Source: Bacteroidota bacterium (lineage in GTDB: Bacteria > Bacteroidota > Bacteroidia > Bacteroidales > P3). Taken from it: 32,000 nucleotides of DNA. Positions 1 to 9,385 of the stretch are shown here, piece by piece. The stretch spans positions 25,089 to 57,088 of the forward strand of contig JAFNAQ010000002.1 in the NCBI GenBank assembly GCA_017860275.1. Reading direction: 5' to 3'. The position numbers and the translations under genes were made by a program. Under the pieces are notes generated by a model. That model saw nothing but the letters and a program-made list of their open reading frames with translations. It did no database searches and was not told where the DNA came from. How positions within the stretch are numbered: the first letter of the stretch is position 1; the number at the start of each line of letters is the position of its first letter.

Positions 1-53
1 AATTCTAAAAATATAAATATCAGCAATGATACAAATAGAATTTTTATTTTTCG

Positions 54-88
54 AAAAGCGACTAATTTATTAGTCGCTTTTTTTTTGT
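54..88 (+). terminator. Rho-independent terminator of a gene ending upstream of the window
   Basis: Inverted repeat aaaagcgactaa / ttagtcgctttt (54-81, 4-nt loop) runs into a T-run. Confidence 0.6.
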
Positions 89-132
89 TTAAATTCTAAA
101 GAATGTAGAAAAAACCTTAAATAATATACAAA

Positions 133-1050
133 ATGGCAAATTTAAAAGGAAGAAATTTAATTTCAATTACAGACTACACTAAACAAGAGTATATGCAAAT
201 ACTTGAATTAGCTGCGGAGTTTGAAGCAAATCCACGTCAAGAGTTGCTAAAAGACAAAGTTATTGCTTCAATATTTTTTGAACCATCGACACGTACCCGT
301 TTAAGTTTCGAAAGTGCAGCATCACTTTTAGGAGCTAAGGTTATAGGTTTTTCTAATCCTGCCGCAACATCTCAGTCAAAAGGAGAAAGTCTTCATGATA
401 CAATTAAAATGCTTTCAGCGTATTCAGACCTAATTGTAATGAGACATAACAAAGAAGGAGCAGCACGATATGCAGCAGAAGTATCTGATGTGCCATTAAT
501 CAATGCAGGTGATGGAGCAAACCAACATCCAACACAATGTATGCTAGATCTCTATTCAATACTTAAAACACAAGGGAAACTAGATAATTTACATATTACG
601 TTAGTAGGAGACTTAAAATACGGACGAACTGTTCATTCTTTAGTGCAAGCAATGTGTAATTTTAATGCAACCTTTCACTTAGTATCGCCAGTAGAACTAA
701 AATTACCATCTTCAGTAAAAATGCATATAAAGAGAGCTAAACTAGATTACTACCAATACACAAATATAAAAGATGCCGTTGCTGTATCAGATATAATATA
801 TATGACAAGAGTACAAAGAGAAAGATTCTCAGATCCATTAGAATATGAAAAAGTAAAAGACTCATGTATTTTGGATTTAGCAACTCTTGAAGGATGCCAA
901 GAATCAATGAGAATACTTCACCCACTACCAAGAGTAAATGAAATCACAACCGATGTTGATAAAACTCAGAATGCATATTATTTTCAACAAGCAAAGAATG
1001 GAGTATACGTACGTCAAGCATTAATGGCAGCAATCCTTGGTATAAAATAA
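133..1050 (+). CDS. pyrB: Aspartate carbamoyltransferase catalytic subunit
   Basis: 305-aa ORF with the ATCase hallmarks STRTR, HPTQ and HPLPR. It is followed directly by the regulatory chain gene. Confidence 0.95.
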   Translation: MANLKGRNLISITDYTKQEYMQILELAAEFEANPRQELLKDKVIASIFFEPSTRTRLSFESAASLLGAKVIGFSNPAATSQSKGESLHDTIKMLSAYSDLIVMRHNKEGAARYAAEVSDVPLINAGDGANQHPTQCMLDLYSILKTQGKLDNLHITLVGDLKYGRTVHSLVQAMCNFNATFHLVSPVELKLPSSVKMHIKRAKLDYYQYTNIKDAVAVSDIIYMTRVQRERFSDPLEYEKVKDSCILDLATLEGCQESMRILHPLPRVNEITTDVDKTQNAYYFQQAKNGVYVRQALMAAILGIK

Positions 1051-1060
1051 ATATTGTAGG

Positions 1061-1077
1061 GGCGAATAATATTCGCC
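1061..1077. other. GC-rich palindromic hairpin after the pyrB stop, with no U-tract
   Basis: ggcgaata-a-tattcgcc is a perfect palindrome lying 10 nt after the stop. It is followed by an A-run rather than a T-run. Confidence 0.4.
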
Positions 1078-1099
1078 AAAAAATAAAAAAATAAAAAAC

Positions 1100-1561
1100 A
1101 TGACAACAAAAAATAAAAAAGAATTAATAGTTTCTGCAATTGAAAATGGCACTGTAATAGACCATATCCCAGTAAATGCAGTATTGAAGGTAATAAAGAT
1201 ATTAGGAATTGATGCCCATCAAGACGAAGTTCTAATTGGTATGAATCTTGAAAGTAAGAAATATGGAAGAAAAGGGATTATCAAAGTAAGAAATAAATAC
1301 TTTGAGAAATCAGACCTTAATAAGATAGCACTAGCAGCACCCCATGCAACATTAATAGTTATCAAAGATTATGAAGTTGCTGAAAAAATAGCAGTTCAGA
1401 TTCCAAATACAATTGAAAAAATAGTAAAATGTATAAATCCGAATTGTATAACAAACAATGAGGAAATGGACACAAAATTCAGTGTGATTGAAAAAGAACC
1501 GCTTAAGATTCAATGCCATTACTGCGAAAAAACTATGACTAATATAAGATTCACAGAATAA
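1100..1561 (+). CDS. pyrI: Aspartate carbamoyltransferase regulatory subunit
   Basis: 153-aa ORF 49 nt after pyrB. It carries the C-terminal zinc-finger cysteines CINPNC...CHYC typical of PyrI. Confidence 0.9.
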   Translation: MTTKNKKELIVSAIENGTVIDHIPVNAVLKVIKILGIDAHQDEVLIGMNLESKKYGRKGIIKVRNKYFEKSDLNKIALAAPHATLIVIKDYEVAEKIAVQIPNTIEKIVKCINPNCITNNEEMDTKFSVIEKEPLKIQCHYCEKTMTNIRFTE

Positions 1562-1578
1562 GCAGTAAAACTTACCAA

Positions 1579-2451
1579 ATGCTATACCTTTTATTAAGTA
1601 TTCTTTCAAGCCTAGCTATACTCATTATATTTAAAGTGAGTGGTAAATACAATATAAAGGTAATACACCCTATTATTATCAACTATTTTGTGGCTTCAGC
1701 TCTAGGATATTTCAATTCTGGACTTAGTCCTCAAAGGCTAATGACAATTCCCATAAACTGGATATGGTCGGCTGCTGTTATTGGAAGTGTTTATGTGTTC
1801 ACATTTTTCCTTATAGGTTATTCTACTCGTAAAGCAGGGATGGCACTAACAACAATAGCATCAAAAATGTCGTTTGTTTTCCCCATGTTTTTCTCCATTC
1901 TTATTGATGCTAATGATAATTATTCTCACACAAAACTCATTTTACTGATAATGGCAATTATTGCTGTATTTTTATCAGTTTATAAAAAACGAACCAAATC
2001 GACAGAATCATTATTGATAATATCACTTCCATTAATACTATTCGTCTTTATGGGATTAGCCGATTCATTTGTGAAGTTTGCTCAAAACTCTTTTGTAAAA
2101 AATGAAAGCCATTCTTCACAATTTTCGTTCATTATTTTCACATTTGCAGCAATTTGGGGTATAGTTTTAATAGCACTACAAAAAAACAAAAAAGAAATAT
2201 TGCAGCCCAAAGTTTTGATTACAGGAATATTACTTGGAATATGCAATTTTGGCTCGCTATATTTCTTAATAAACGCACTAAATGACCTTACATTCAATAA
2301 CTCGTTAGTATTTGCACTAAACAATATGGCTATAGTGCTATTCTCAATAATAATTGCCCTTAGCTTTTTTAAAGAAAAAGTAACAAAACTCAATAGAGTG
2401 GGTATATTATTATCGATAATAACATTTGTAACAATTATGGTGTTTATTTAA
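1579..2451 (+). CDS. Multi-pass membrane protein, EamA/DMT-like permease
   Basis: 290 aa with about ten hydrophobic helices in two halves. The call rests on architecture only. Confidence 0.5.
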   Translation: MLYLLLSILSSLAILIIFKVSGKYNIKVIHPIIINYFVASALGYFNSGLSPQRLMTIPINWIWSAAVIGSVYVFTFFLIGYSTRKAGMALTTIASKMSFVFPMFFSILIDANDNYSHTKLILLIMAIIAVFLSVYKKRTKSTESLLIISLPLILFVFMGLADSFVKFAQNSFVKNESHSSQFSFIIFTFAAIWGIVLIALQKNKKEILQPKVLITGILLGICNFGSLYFLINALNDLTFNNSLVFALNNMAIVLFSIIIALSFFKEKVTKLNRVGILLSIITFVTIMVFI

Positions 2452-2481
2452 AAAGTGAAGAGTTATAAGTGAAAAGATAGC

Positions 2482-2516
2482 AAAGAGGAGCAATATATTG
2501 CTCCTCTTTTTGTTTA
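2482..2516 (+). terminator. Rho-independent terminator after the permease gene
   Basis: Perfect palindrome aaagaggagcaata/tattgctcctcttt (2482-2509) followed by ttttgttt. Confidence 0.65.
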
Positions 2517-2531
2517 GATTGAAAATTTCCT

Positions 2532-2539
2532 TACTTTTG
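2532..2539 (+). promoter_or_regulatory. Bacteroidetes-type -7 box (TAnnTTTG) upstream of rmlA
   Basis: TACTTTTG lies ~100 nt upstream of the rmlA ATG and just downstream of the terminator. Confidence 0.35.
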
Positions 2540-2640
2540 TGAAATAATTTTAATGAACTAATTATTAAATGAGATAAAAGGCGGAAAACTATGATCTACT
2601 AATCATAAACTTTTCACTTTTCACTTTAAACTTTAAACTT

Positions 2641-3516
2641 ATGAAAGGTATAGTATTAGCAGGAGGTTCAGGCACGAGACTCTATCCAATAACAAGAGGT
2701 GTAAGCAAACAATTACTTCCAATTTTCGACAAACCAATGATATTTTATCCAATCTCAGCACTTATGTTAGCAGGGATAAGGGATATTCTAATAATATCAA
2801 CACCAGAAGATTTACCAGGATTTAGAAGACTCTTAGGTTCAGGTGAAGACTTTGGAGTTAGATTTGAATATGCAGAACAACCATCACCAGACGGATTAGC
2901 GCAGGCATTTATCATAGGAGAAAAATTTATTGGTAATGACTCTGCATGTCTTGTTTTAGGAGATAATATCTTCTATGGTCAAGGATTTAGTAATACCTTA
3001 GAAGAAGCATTGAAAGATGCAGAAAAAAATAATATGGCAACAGTATTCGGATACTATGTCAATGACCCAGAACGCTATGGAGTAGCAGAATTTGATTCAA
3101 ATGGTAAGGTGTTGTCAATAGAAGAAAAACCAAAAGAACCAAAATCAAATTATGCAGTAGTGGGACTATATTTCTATCCAAACAAGGTTGTAGAAGTAGC
3201 AAAAAATATCAAACCATCAGCAAGGGGAGAGTTAGAGATAACAACAGTAAACCAAGAATTTCTAAAGCAAGAAGAACTAAAGGTTCAACTACTAGGAAGA
3301 GGTTTTGCATGGCTTGACACGGGCACACACGAATCACTATCCGAAGCCTCAACTTTTATAGAAGTAATAGAAAAACGACAAGGACTAAAAGTAGCATGCC
3401 TTGAGGAGATAGCTTTTACCAAAGGTTGGATAACCAAGGAAAAACTTATACAAGTAGCGACTCCAATGCTCAAAAATCAATACGGACAATACCTTTTGGG
3501 ACTAGTTAAAAACTAA
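2641..3516 (+). CDS. rmlA: Glucose-1-phosphate thymidylyltransferase
   Basis: 291 aa with N-terminal [18 protein letters not shown] and RmlA-like sequence throughout. Confidence 0.95.
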   Translation: MKGIVLAGGSGTRLYPITRGVSKQLLPIFDKPMIFYPISALMLAGIRDILIISTPEDLPGFRRLLGSGEDFGVRFEYAEQPSPDGLAQAFIIGEKFIGNDSACLVLGDNIFYGQGFSNTLEEALKDAEKNNMATVFGYYVNDPERYGVAEFDSNGKVLSIEEKPKEPKSNYAVVGLYFYPNKVVEVAKNIKPSARGELEITTVNQEFLKQEELKVQLLGRGFAWLDTGTHESLSEASTFIEVIEKRQGLKVACLEEIAFTKGWITKEKLIQVATPMLKNQYGQYLLGLVKN

Positions 3517-3638
3517 AAGGTAAAAACTAAGAACTAAAAGTAGAAAGTGAAAAGTGAAAAACCCACGATTTGCTTTTAGATAATAAAAATAGTCGCATTG
3601 CGAACTTTTCACTTTTAATTTTAAACTTTTCACTTTAT
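3517..3638. repeat. Intercistronic spacer bracketed by inverted GTGAAAAG/CTTTTCAC word repeats
   Basis: aaagtgaaaagtgaaaaa (3544-3561) is matched by aacttttcacttttaattttaaacttttcacttt (3603-3636). A small palindrome tcgca-t-tgcga sits at 3593-3603. Confidence 0.7.
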
Positions 3639-4715
3639 ATGAAGAACATATTAATAACAGGAGGAGCAGGATTTATAGGCTCCCATGTAGTCAGATTATT
3701 TGTAAACAAATATCCTGAATATAACATAATAAACCTCGACAAGCTAACCTATGCAGGAAATCTTGCAAATCTAAAAGATATTGAAGATAAGCCAAACTAT
3801 AAGTTTGTGAAGGCAGATATATGTGATTTTGAATTAATGCTGAAGATATTCTCAGAAAATAATATCGATGGAGTCCTTCATCTTGCAGCAGAAAGCCACG
3901 TTGATAGAAGTATCAAAGACCCATTCACCTTTGCACAAACCAATGTAATGGGAACACTCTCACTACTTCAAGCAGCAAAACATCAATGGAATGGAGATTA
4001 TAAAGGTAAGTTGTTCTATCATATCTCAACCGATGAAGTATATGGAGCATTGGAATTAACAAAACCTGATGGTGATGCACCGTTTGGAGATGATTTCTTT
4101 ACAGAAAAAACCTCTTATGATCCACATTCACCATACTCAGCCTCAAAAGCCTCATCAGACCATTTTGTAAGAGCCTTTCATGATACTTATGGAATGCCTG
4201 TAGTAATCACAAATTGCTCAAATAATTATGGACCATATCAATTTCCAGAAAAACTAATCCCATTATTTTTAAATAATATAAGAAACAATAAACCACTTCC
4301 AGTATATGGAAAGGGGGAAAATGTAAGAGATTGGTTATTTGTGGAAGACCATGCAAGAGCCATAGATATTATCTTTCATAAATGCAAGATAGGCGACACC
4401 TACAATATTGGAGGCTTTAACGAATGGAAAAATATTGACCTAATAAGAGTAATGATACGCACAGCCGATAGACTACTTGGAAGAAAAGAAGGAGAAAGCG
4501 AAAAACTAATAACCTACGTAACCGACCGTGCAGGGCATGACCTTCGTTATGCCATAGACTCAACCAAACTTAAAACAGAATTAGGATGGGAACCGAGTCT
4601 ACAATTCGAAGAAGGAATAGAAAAAACCATTAAATGGTATTTAGAAAATCAAGAATGGGTGGATAACATAACCTCAGGAGAATATGAAAAATATTATAAT
4701 GAAATGTACTCGTAA
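3639..4715 (+). CDS. rmlB: dTDP-glucose 4,6-dehydratase
   Basis: ILITGGAGFIGSH Rossmann motif and YSASKASSDH catalytic YxxxK. I start the gene at ATG 3639, because the track start (TTG 3570) reads through the repeat spacer. Confidence 0.93.
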   Translation: MKNILITGGAGFIGSHVVRLFVNKYPEYNIINLDKLTYAGNLANLKDIEDKPNYKFVKADICDFELMLKIFSENNIDGVLHLAAESHVDRSIKDPFTFAQTNVMGTLSLLQAAKHQWNGDYKGKLFYHISTDEVYGALELTKPDGDAPFGDDFFTEKTSYDPHSPYSASKASSDHFVRAFHDTYGMPVVITNCSNNYGPYQFPEKLIPLFLNNIRNNKPLPVYGKGENVRDWLFVEDHARAIDIIFHKCKIGDTYNIGGFNEWKNIDLIRVMIRTADRLLGRKEGESEKLITYVTDRAGHDLRYAIDSTKLKTELGWEPSLQFEEGIEKTIKWYLENQEWVDNITSGEYEKYYNEMYS

Positions 4716-4737
4716 GGGCGAACCTGTGTGTTCGCCC
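4716..4737. other. GC-rich hairpin immediately after the rmlB stop, with no U-tract
   Basis: gggcgaac-ctgtgt-gttcgccc forms an 8-bp stem starting 1 nt after the stop and is followed by aaaac. Confidence 0.4.
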
Positions 4738-4751
4738 AAAACTATTTATAA

Positions 4752-6182
4752 ATGAGTATAAAGCATAAAACAATTTATGGATTATTTTGGAGTAGTATAG
4801 AACGTTTCTCCTCACAGATAATTCAATTTGTAATTGGAATAATAATTGCACGCCTATTAGCACCAACAGACTATGGGCTAATAGGTATGCTTGCAATTTT
4901 CCTTGCTATATCTCAATCATTTATCGATAGTGGTTTCTCAAATGCACTAATCATTAAAAAAAACAGAACAGAGGCAGACTTTTCTACAGTATTTTATTTT
5001 AATATATTTGTAGGACTATTCTTCTATATAGTATTATTTTTCACCTCTGGCTTAATAGCCGATTTTTATAATTCCCCAATATTAGAGAACCTCACAAAGG
5101 TAGTAGGGATAACATTGTTTATTAACTCCCTAACCGTTGTTCAAAGGGCAAAGCTAACAATAGTTGTAGACTTCAAGACTCAAGCAAAGGCATCAATCAT
5201 TTCAGTAATAATATCTGGAATTATTGGAATATGGATGGCGTACTCCGGCTATGGAGTATGGGCATTGGCATATCAATCTGTTGCAAATGGCTTAGTAAAT
5301 ATGATAATGATTTGGGCATATTCAAAATGGAAACCTAAAAGAATATTCTCATGGACATCATTTAGGGAACTTTTCTCCTTTGGCTCAAAACTTTTATTAT
5401 CAGGGCTTATAGATACAATTTATAAAAATATTTATACTATAGTAATTGGGAAAAAGTTTTCTGCACATGATTTAGGATTTTATACACGTTCCGACCAATT
5501 GGCACAATTCCCCTCATCCAATATTTCAAATATATTCTCAAGAGTTATATTCCCAATCCTAAGCAGTATACAAACAGACGATGACCGCTTGCAAGATGTT
5601 TACAGAAAATACCTAAGACTTTCAGCCTTTATTATCTTTCCATTAATGGCAGGATTTGCAGCATTAGCCTCTCCATTTATTAATCTTCTACTAACACCCA
5701 AATGGGATGGAGCAGTTTTGATTCTTCAAATACTTTGTTTTGCCTATATGTGGTATCCAATACATTCCATCAATCTCAATCTTCTTCAAGTAAAAGGACG
5801 TTCCGATCTGTTTCTTCGATTAGAAATAATAAAAAAAATCATAGGTTTCACAATACTATTAATCACAATTCCAATGGGAATAATTCCAATGTGTATAGGG
5901 TTAGTAATCAACTCAATTATTTGTTTAACAATAAATACTCATTACACTGGAAAACTTATTAATGTTGGATTTGTTAAACAAATGAAAGACCTCTTACCAA
6001 CACTATTCTACTCCACAACGATGAGCGTTATAGTATGGTTAAGTATAATGTTGGTAGATAGTAATTTATTAAAATTATTACTAGGATTTGTGATAGGTAC
6101 AGTATACTATTTTGGAATAGCATATATATCAAAATCTAAAGAGATACACGAGATTCTTTCAATAATTAAACCTAAGAAATAG
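4752..6182 (+). CDS. wzx: Polysaccharide/O-unit flippase (MOP superfamily, Wzx-like)
   Basis: 476 aa with about 12-14 TM helices. Its N-terminus is typical of polysaccharide biosynthesis (PST) proteins and it sits in a sugar-nucleotide operon. Confidence 0.75.
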   Translation: MSIKHKTIYGLFWSSIERFSSQIIQFVIGIIIARLLAPTDYGLIGMLAIFLAISQSFIDSGFSNALIIKKNRTEADFSTVFYFNIFVGLFFYIVLFFTSGLIADFYNSPILENLTKVVGITLFINSLTVVQRAKLTIVVDFKTQAKASIISVIISGIIGIWMAYSGYGVWALAYQSVANGLVNMIMIWAYSKWKPKRIFSWTSFRELFSFGSKLLLSGLIDTIYKNIYTIVIGKKFSAHDLGFYTRSDQLAQFPSSNISNIFSRVIFPILSSIQTDDDRLQDVYRKYLRLSAFIIFPLMAGFAALASPFINLLLTPKWDGAVLILQILCFAYMWYPIHSINLNLLQVKGRSDLFLRLEIIKKIIGFTILLITIPMGIIPMCIGLVINSIICLTINTHYTGKLINVGFVKQMKDLLPTLFYSTTMSVIVWLSIMLVDSNLLKLLLGFVIGTVYYFGIAYISKSKEIHEILSIIKPKK

Positions 6183-6194
6183 ATAAAGAAGGCT

Positions 6195-7307
6195 ATGGAA
6201 GAAAAAAAAGTAATAACAGTAACTAGTCCATTATTTCCAAAACTAGAAGAATTTATACCCTATTTAGAAGAAATTTGGACGAATAAGTGGTTAACAAATA
6301 ATGGAGATTTTCATCAAAGATTAGAAAAAGAGTTGGCAGAATATTTAGGAGTAAAACATCTATCATTATTCTCAAATGGAACACTCGCTCTTATTACAGC
6401 ACTTCAAGCCCTAAGAATAACAGGAGAGGTAATAACAACACCCTATAGTTTTGTAGCAACAACACATTCCCTTTGGTGGAATGGAATAAAGCCAGTCTTT
6501 GTCGATGTAGAACCAAATACATTCAATATTGACCCAGAGAAAATTGAGGCAGCCATAACTCCAAAAACTACTGCAATTATGCCAGTACATGTCTATGGCA
6601 ACCCATGCAATATTGAAAGAATTCAACAAATTGCCGACTCATATAATCTAAAAATCATCTATGACGCAGCCCATGCCTTTGGGGTAAAGAAAAACGGAGT
6701 ATCCGTTTTAGAATATGGAGACTTATCAACACTAAGTTTTCATGCCACAAAAGTATTCTCCACAATAGAAGGAGGAGCAATTATTTGTCACGATGAGAAA
6801 ATGAAACGTCATATCGATGACCTTAAAAACTTTGGATTTAGAGATGAAACAACCGTTGTTGCGCCAGGAATAAATGCAAAACTCAACGAAGTTCAAGCAG
6901 CCTTTGGACTAGCAACACTATCTAAGGTCGATGATGCAATAGCTCATAGAAAGTTAATAGCCGATACCTATAGAGAAGGTCTTAGAGAAACAAAAGGAAT
7001 CTCTTTTATCGACGATTTAGAAGGAGTAAGGCATAATTATGCATACTTTCCAATATTTGTAGACCAAAAGCTATATGGAAAAACAAGAGACGAGCTCTAT
7101 TTCGCAATGCAAAAAGAAAATATATATGGAAGAAGATACTTCTATCCACTAATCTCTGAATTCTCAACCTATAGAGGATTACCCTCATCAAAAAAATCTC
7201 ATCTTCCAACAGCCAATAAAGTAGCAGAACAAGTTATCTGCCTTCCAATCTATGCCGATTTAGAAATCCAAGATGTAAAAAGAGTAATTGACTTTATTAA
7301 CAAATAA
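6195..7307 (+). CDS. DegT/DnrJ/EryC1/StrS-family PLP aminotransferase (dTDP-4-keto-6-deoxyhexose 4-aminotransferase type)
   Basis: 370 aa with the family motifs DAAHAFG and SFHATK (PLP lysine). It lies downstream of rmlAB. Confidence 0.85.
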   Translation: MEEKKVITVTSPLFPKLEEFIPYLEEIWTNKWLTNNGDFHQRLEKELAEYLGVKHLSLFSNGTLALITALQALRITGEVITTPYSFVATTHSLWWNGIKPVFVDVEPNTFNIDPEKIEAAITPKTTAIMPVHVYGNPCNIERIQQIADSYNLKIIYDAAHAFGVKKNGVSVLEYGDLSTLSFHATKVFSTIEGGAIICHDEKMKRHIDDLKNFGFRDETTVVAPGINAKLNEVQAAFGLATLSKVDDAIAHRKLIADTYREGLRETKGISFIDDLEGVRHNYAYFPIFVDQKLYGKTRDELYFAMQKENIYGRRYFYPLISEFSTYRGLPSSKKSHLPTANKVAEQVICLPIYADLEIQDVKRVIDFINK

Positions 7308-7311
7308 ACCA

Positions 7312-8001
7312 ATGAAACTCGGAATAATGCAACCATACTTCATGCCATACATAGGCTATTTTCAACTGATGAAAGTAGTCGATAAATATGTAATATATGA
7401 CGATGTAAACTATATAAAAGGAGGTTGGATTAATAGAAACAATATACTTATCAACTCAGAAAAAAGATTATTCACTATAGCATTAGATGGGGCAAGTCCA
7501 AATAAGAAAATAAATGAAATTCTTATCAAAGATGATTTCACAAAATTTCTTCGAAGCCTAGAATTATCATACCATAAAGCACCCTATTTTGAACAAGGCA
7601 TATCATTAATGAGAGATATATTAAAGTTCGAAGATAAGAATCTATCCCTTTTTATTGGTAATAGTTTTAGAGCTATATCTAATTACTTGGATTTCAATAC
7701 CGAGTTTCTATACTCCTCAAAAATAGAAAAAGATAATGAACTAAGAGCAGAAAAAAAGGTTATATCAATATGCAAGAGCCTTGGAGCAAGTGAGTATTAT
7801 AATGCAATAGGAGGTAAGGAGCTATACTCGAAAGAGAATTTTGAAACAAATGGATTAAAGCTTCACTTCCTAAAAACAAACCAAATTGAGTATAAACAAT
7901 TTGGTAATGTGTTCGTACCCAATTTATCGATAATCGATATATTAATGTTTAACTCCAAGGCTGAAATAAACCAGTTTTTAGACAATTATACATTAGAATA
8001 A
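7312..8001 (+). CDS. WbqC-like family protein (biochemical function unknown)
   Basis: N-terminal MKLGIMQPYFMPYIGYFQLM resembles the WbqC family. ATG 7312 is preferred over track start 7288, which overlaps the previous gene. Confidence 0.6.
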   Translation: MKLGIMQPYFMPYIGYFQLMKVVDKYVIYDDVNYIKGGWINRNNILINSEKRLFTIALDGASPNKKINEILIKDDFTKFLRSLELSYHKAPYFEQGISLMRDILKFEDKNLSLFIGNSFRAISNYLDFNTEFLYSSKIEKDNELRAEKKVISICKSLGASEYYNAIGGKELYSKENFETNGLKLHFLKTNQIEYKQFGNVFVPNLSIIDILMFNSKAEINQFLDNYTLE

Positions 8002-8029
8002 GAATCAACTAAACCTAAAGAATCCTATT

Positions 8030-9163
8030 ATGAATGTACATATTTTACCAGAAGATAAGTTTACCCAATATGCACGTAAGTTATTCGAAAAATACTATCC
8101 AAAAGAAAACCTCTATGTAGTAAACACCTCAGATATTAACAATCTAAAATATCTTTCGCTAACAGACGATTTTTTGTTCCTCGACCTAATGAACGAAAAC
8201 TCTTTATCTATAATAGAAGAGAAAGCAAACCATCAAATAGAAAATATATTTGTACACTACCTAAATAAACCCCATGGAGACGCAGCATTAATACTTAAGC
8301 ATAAATACAATTCAAAACTATACTGGATACCCTTTGGAGTAGACCTATACCCAATCTTAAAAGATAAGAAAAAGTACATACTCAATGACTACCCAATAAA
8401 GCCATGTAAAGAAAGGTTTACATGTAAACTAATACGCCAAAGAATAAAAGATTGCATAAAAAAAATAATAGGAATAGACTATACATATTTCTATCGATTT
8501 GTAGAACATTGCGATTATTTCTGTTTCTGGGACATATACGACTACGAGCTATTAGTTAATAATTTCCATACAAAATGCAAATTCAAGTTCTTTGCATATA
8601 ACGAAGAAGTATTGATACCAATAATAGAAAACGCCCAAAAGACCAACACAATAATAATCAATAATAGTGCATCACCCTCAGGCAACCACCTAAGCGTAAT
8701 GCGCAAACTCTTGCATATAGATAAAGAAAAACAATTCGATATAATCCTTCCACTAAGCTATGGAGACGATTGCGTAGTAAAACAAGTAACCGAATATGCC
8801 AACAAATACTATGGCAATAAAACAACCATCCTCAAAGACTTTATACCACTAGAGCAGTACAACGAAATATTATCAAAAACCTCAGTAGCTATATTTGGAA
8901 ACCGTAGGCAAGAAGCAGCAGGCAATATATTTATGCACATGCGCTTAGGCAATAAAGTCTTTCTAAGAAAAGAAAACAATATCTATCGCTTAGTAAAAGA
9001 GTGGGGAGGATACGTCTATTGTTTCGAAAAAGAACTCAACACAATAGAAGACCTACTAACCCCATTAACCCAAGAACAAATACAAAAAAACCGTCAAGTA
9101 GTAGAACAAAAATTTTCCATTCAAAGTGAAAAGAAATATATGCAAGAATTGTTTGCAGATTGA
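8030..9163 (+). CDS. WecF-like (GT56) 4-amino-4,6-dideoxyhexose transferase
   Basis: 377 aa. The stretches NNSASPSGNHLSVMRKL...PLSYGDD...FGNRRQEAAGNI resemble E. coli WecF GNSGDRSNEHIAALRAV...PMGYP...FARQQGIG from memory. The context matches an ECA-like module. Confidence 0.55.
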   Translation: MNVHILPEDKFTQYARKLFEKYYPKENLYVVNTSDINNLKYLSLTDDFLFLDLMNENSLSIIEEKANHQIENIFVHYLNKPHGDAALILKHKYNSKLYWIPFGVDLYPILKDKKKYILNDYPIKPCKERFTCKLIRQRIKDCIKKIIGIDYTYFYRFVEHCDYFCFWDIYDYELLVNNFHTKCKFKFFAYNEEVLIPIIENAQKTNTIIINNSASPSGNHLSVMRKLLHIDKEKQFDIILPLSYGDDCVVKQVTEYANKYYGNKTTILKDFIPLEQYNEILSKTSVAIFGNRRQEAAGNIFMHMRLGNKVFLRKENNIYRLVKEWGGYVYCFEKELNTIEDLLTPLTQEQIQKNRQVVEQKFSIQSEKKYMQELFAD

Positions 9164-9298
9164 TAAAACATAAAGTTCTAGTGTTAAAAATAATCCTGAT
9201 TAACCATAAAAATAGGAGTATATTATAATAATACTTCGAAAAAAAAATAAAAATAGAAGAAAAAAGGTTAATCAAGTTAATATTATTAATTATTTCCC

Positions 9299-9306
9299 TA
9301 CATTTG
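9299..9306 (+). promoter_or_regulatory. TAnnTTTG -7 box upstream of the AlbA_2 gene
   Basis: TACATTTG lies 80 nt upstream of ATG 9386. Confidence 0.35.
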
Positions 9307-9318
9307 CAATACCAAAAA

Positions 9319-9356
9319 CCACGCCAGTAACATAAAATTACATGTAACTGACGTGG
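9319..9356. promoter_or_regulatory. Imperfect 15-bp inverted repeat (operator or 5'-UTR hairpin)
   Basis: ccacgccagtaacat ... atgtaactgacgtgg pairs at 13 of 15 positions with an 8-nt loop. It lies between the putative promoter and the start codon. Confidence 0.4.
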
Positions 9357-9385
9357 CTTTGCCATTAGAGAAAACAAAATAATCA

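Larger units (their letters stand above)
2452..2640. repeat. Intergenic spacer bracketed by inverted GTGAAAAG/CTTTTCAC word repeats
   Basis: aaagtgaagagttataagtgaaaag (2452-2476) is matched by the inverse acttttcacttttcactttaaactttaaactt (2609-2640). Confidence 0.7.

Noticed and set aside
3570-3638. Track start codons giving N-terminal extensions (rmlB TTG 3570; also 7288, 27903 and 29465)
   Set aside because: The extensions read through repeat spacers, promoter boxes or the upstream gene. Conserved N-termini begin at the internal ATGs 3639, 7312, 27927 and 29474.
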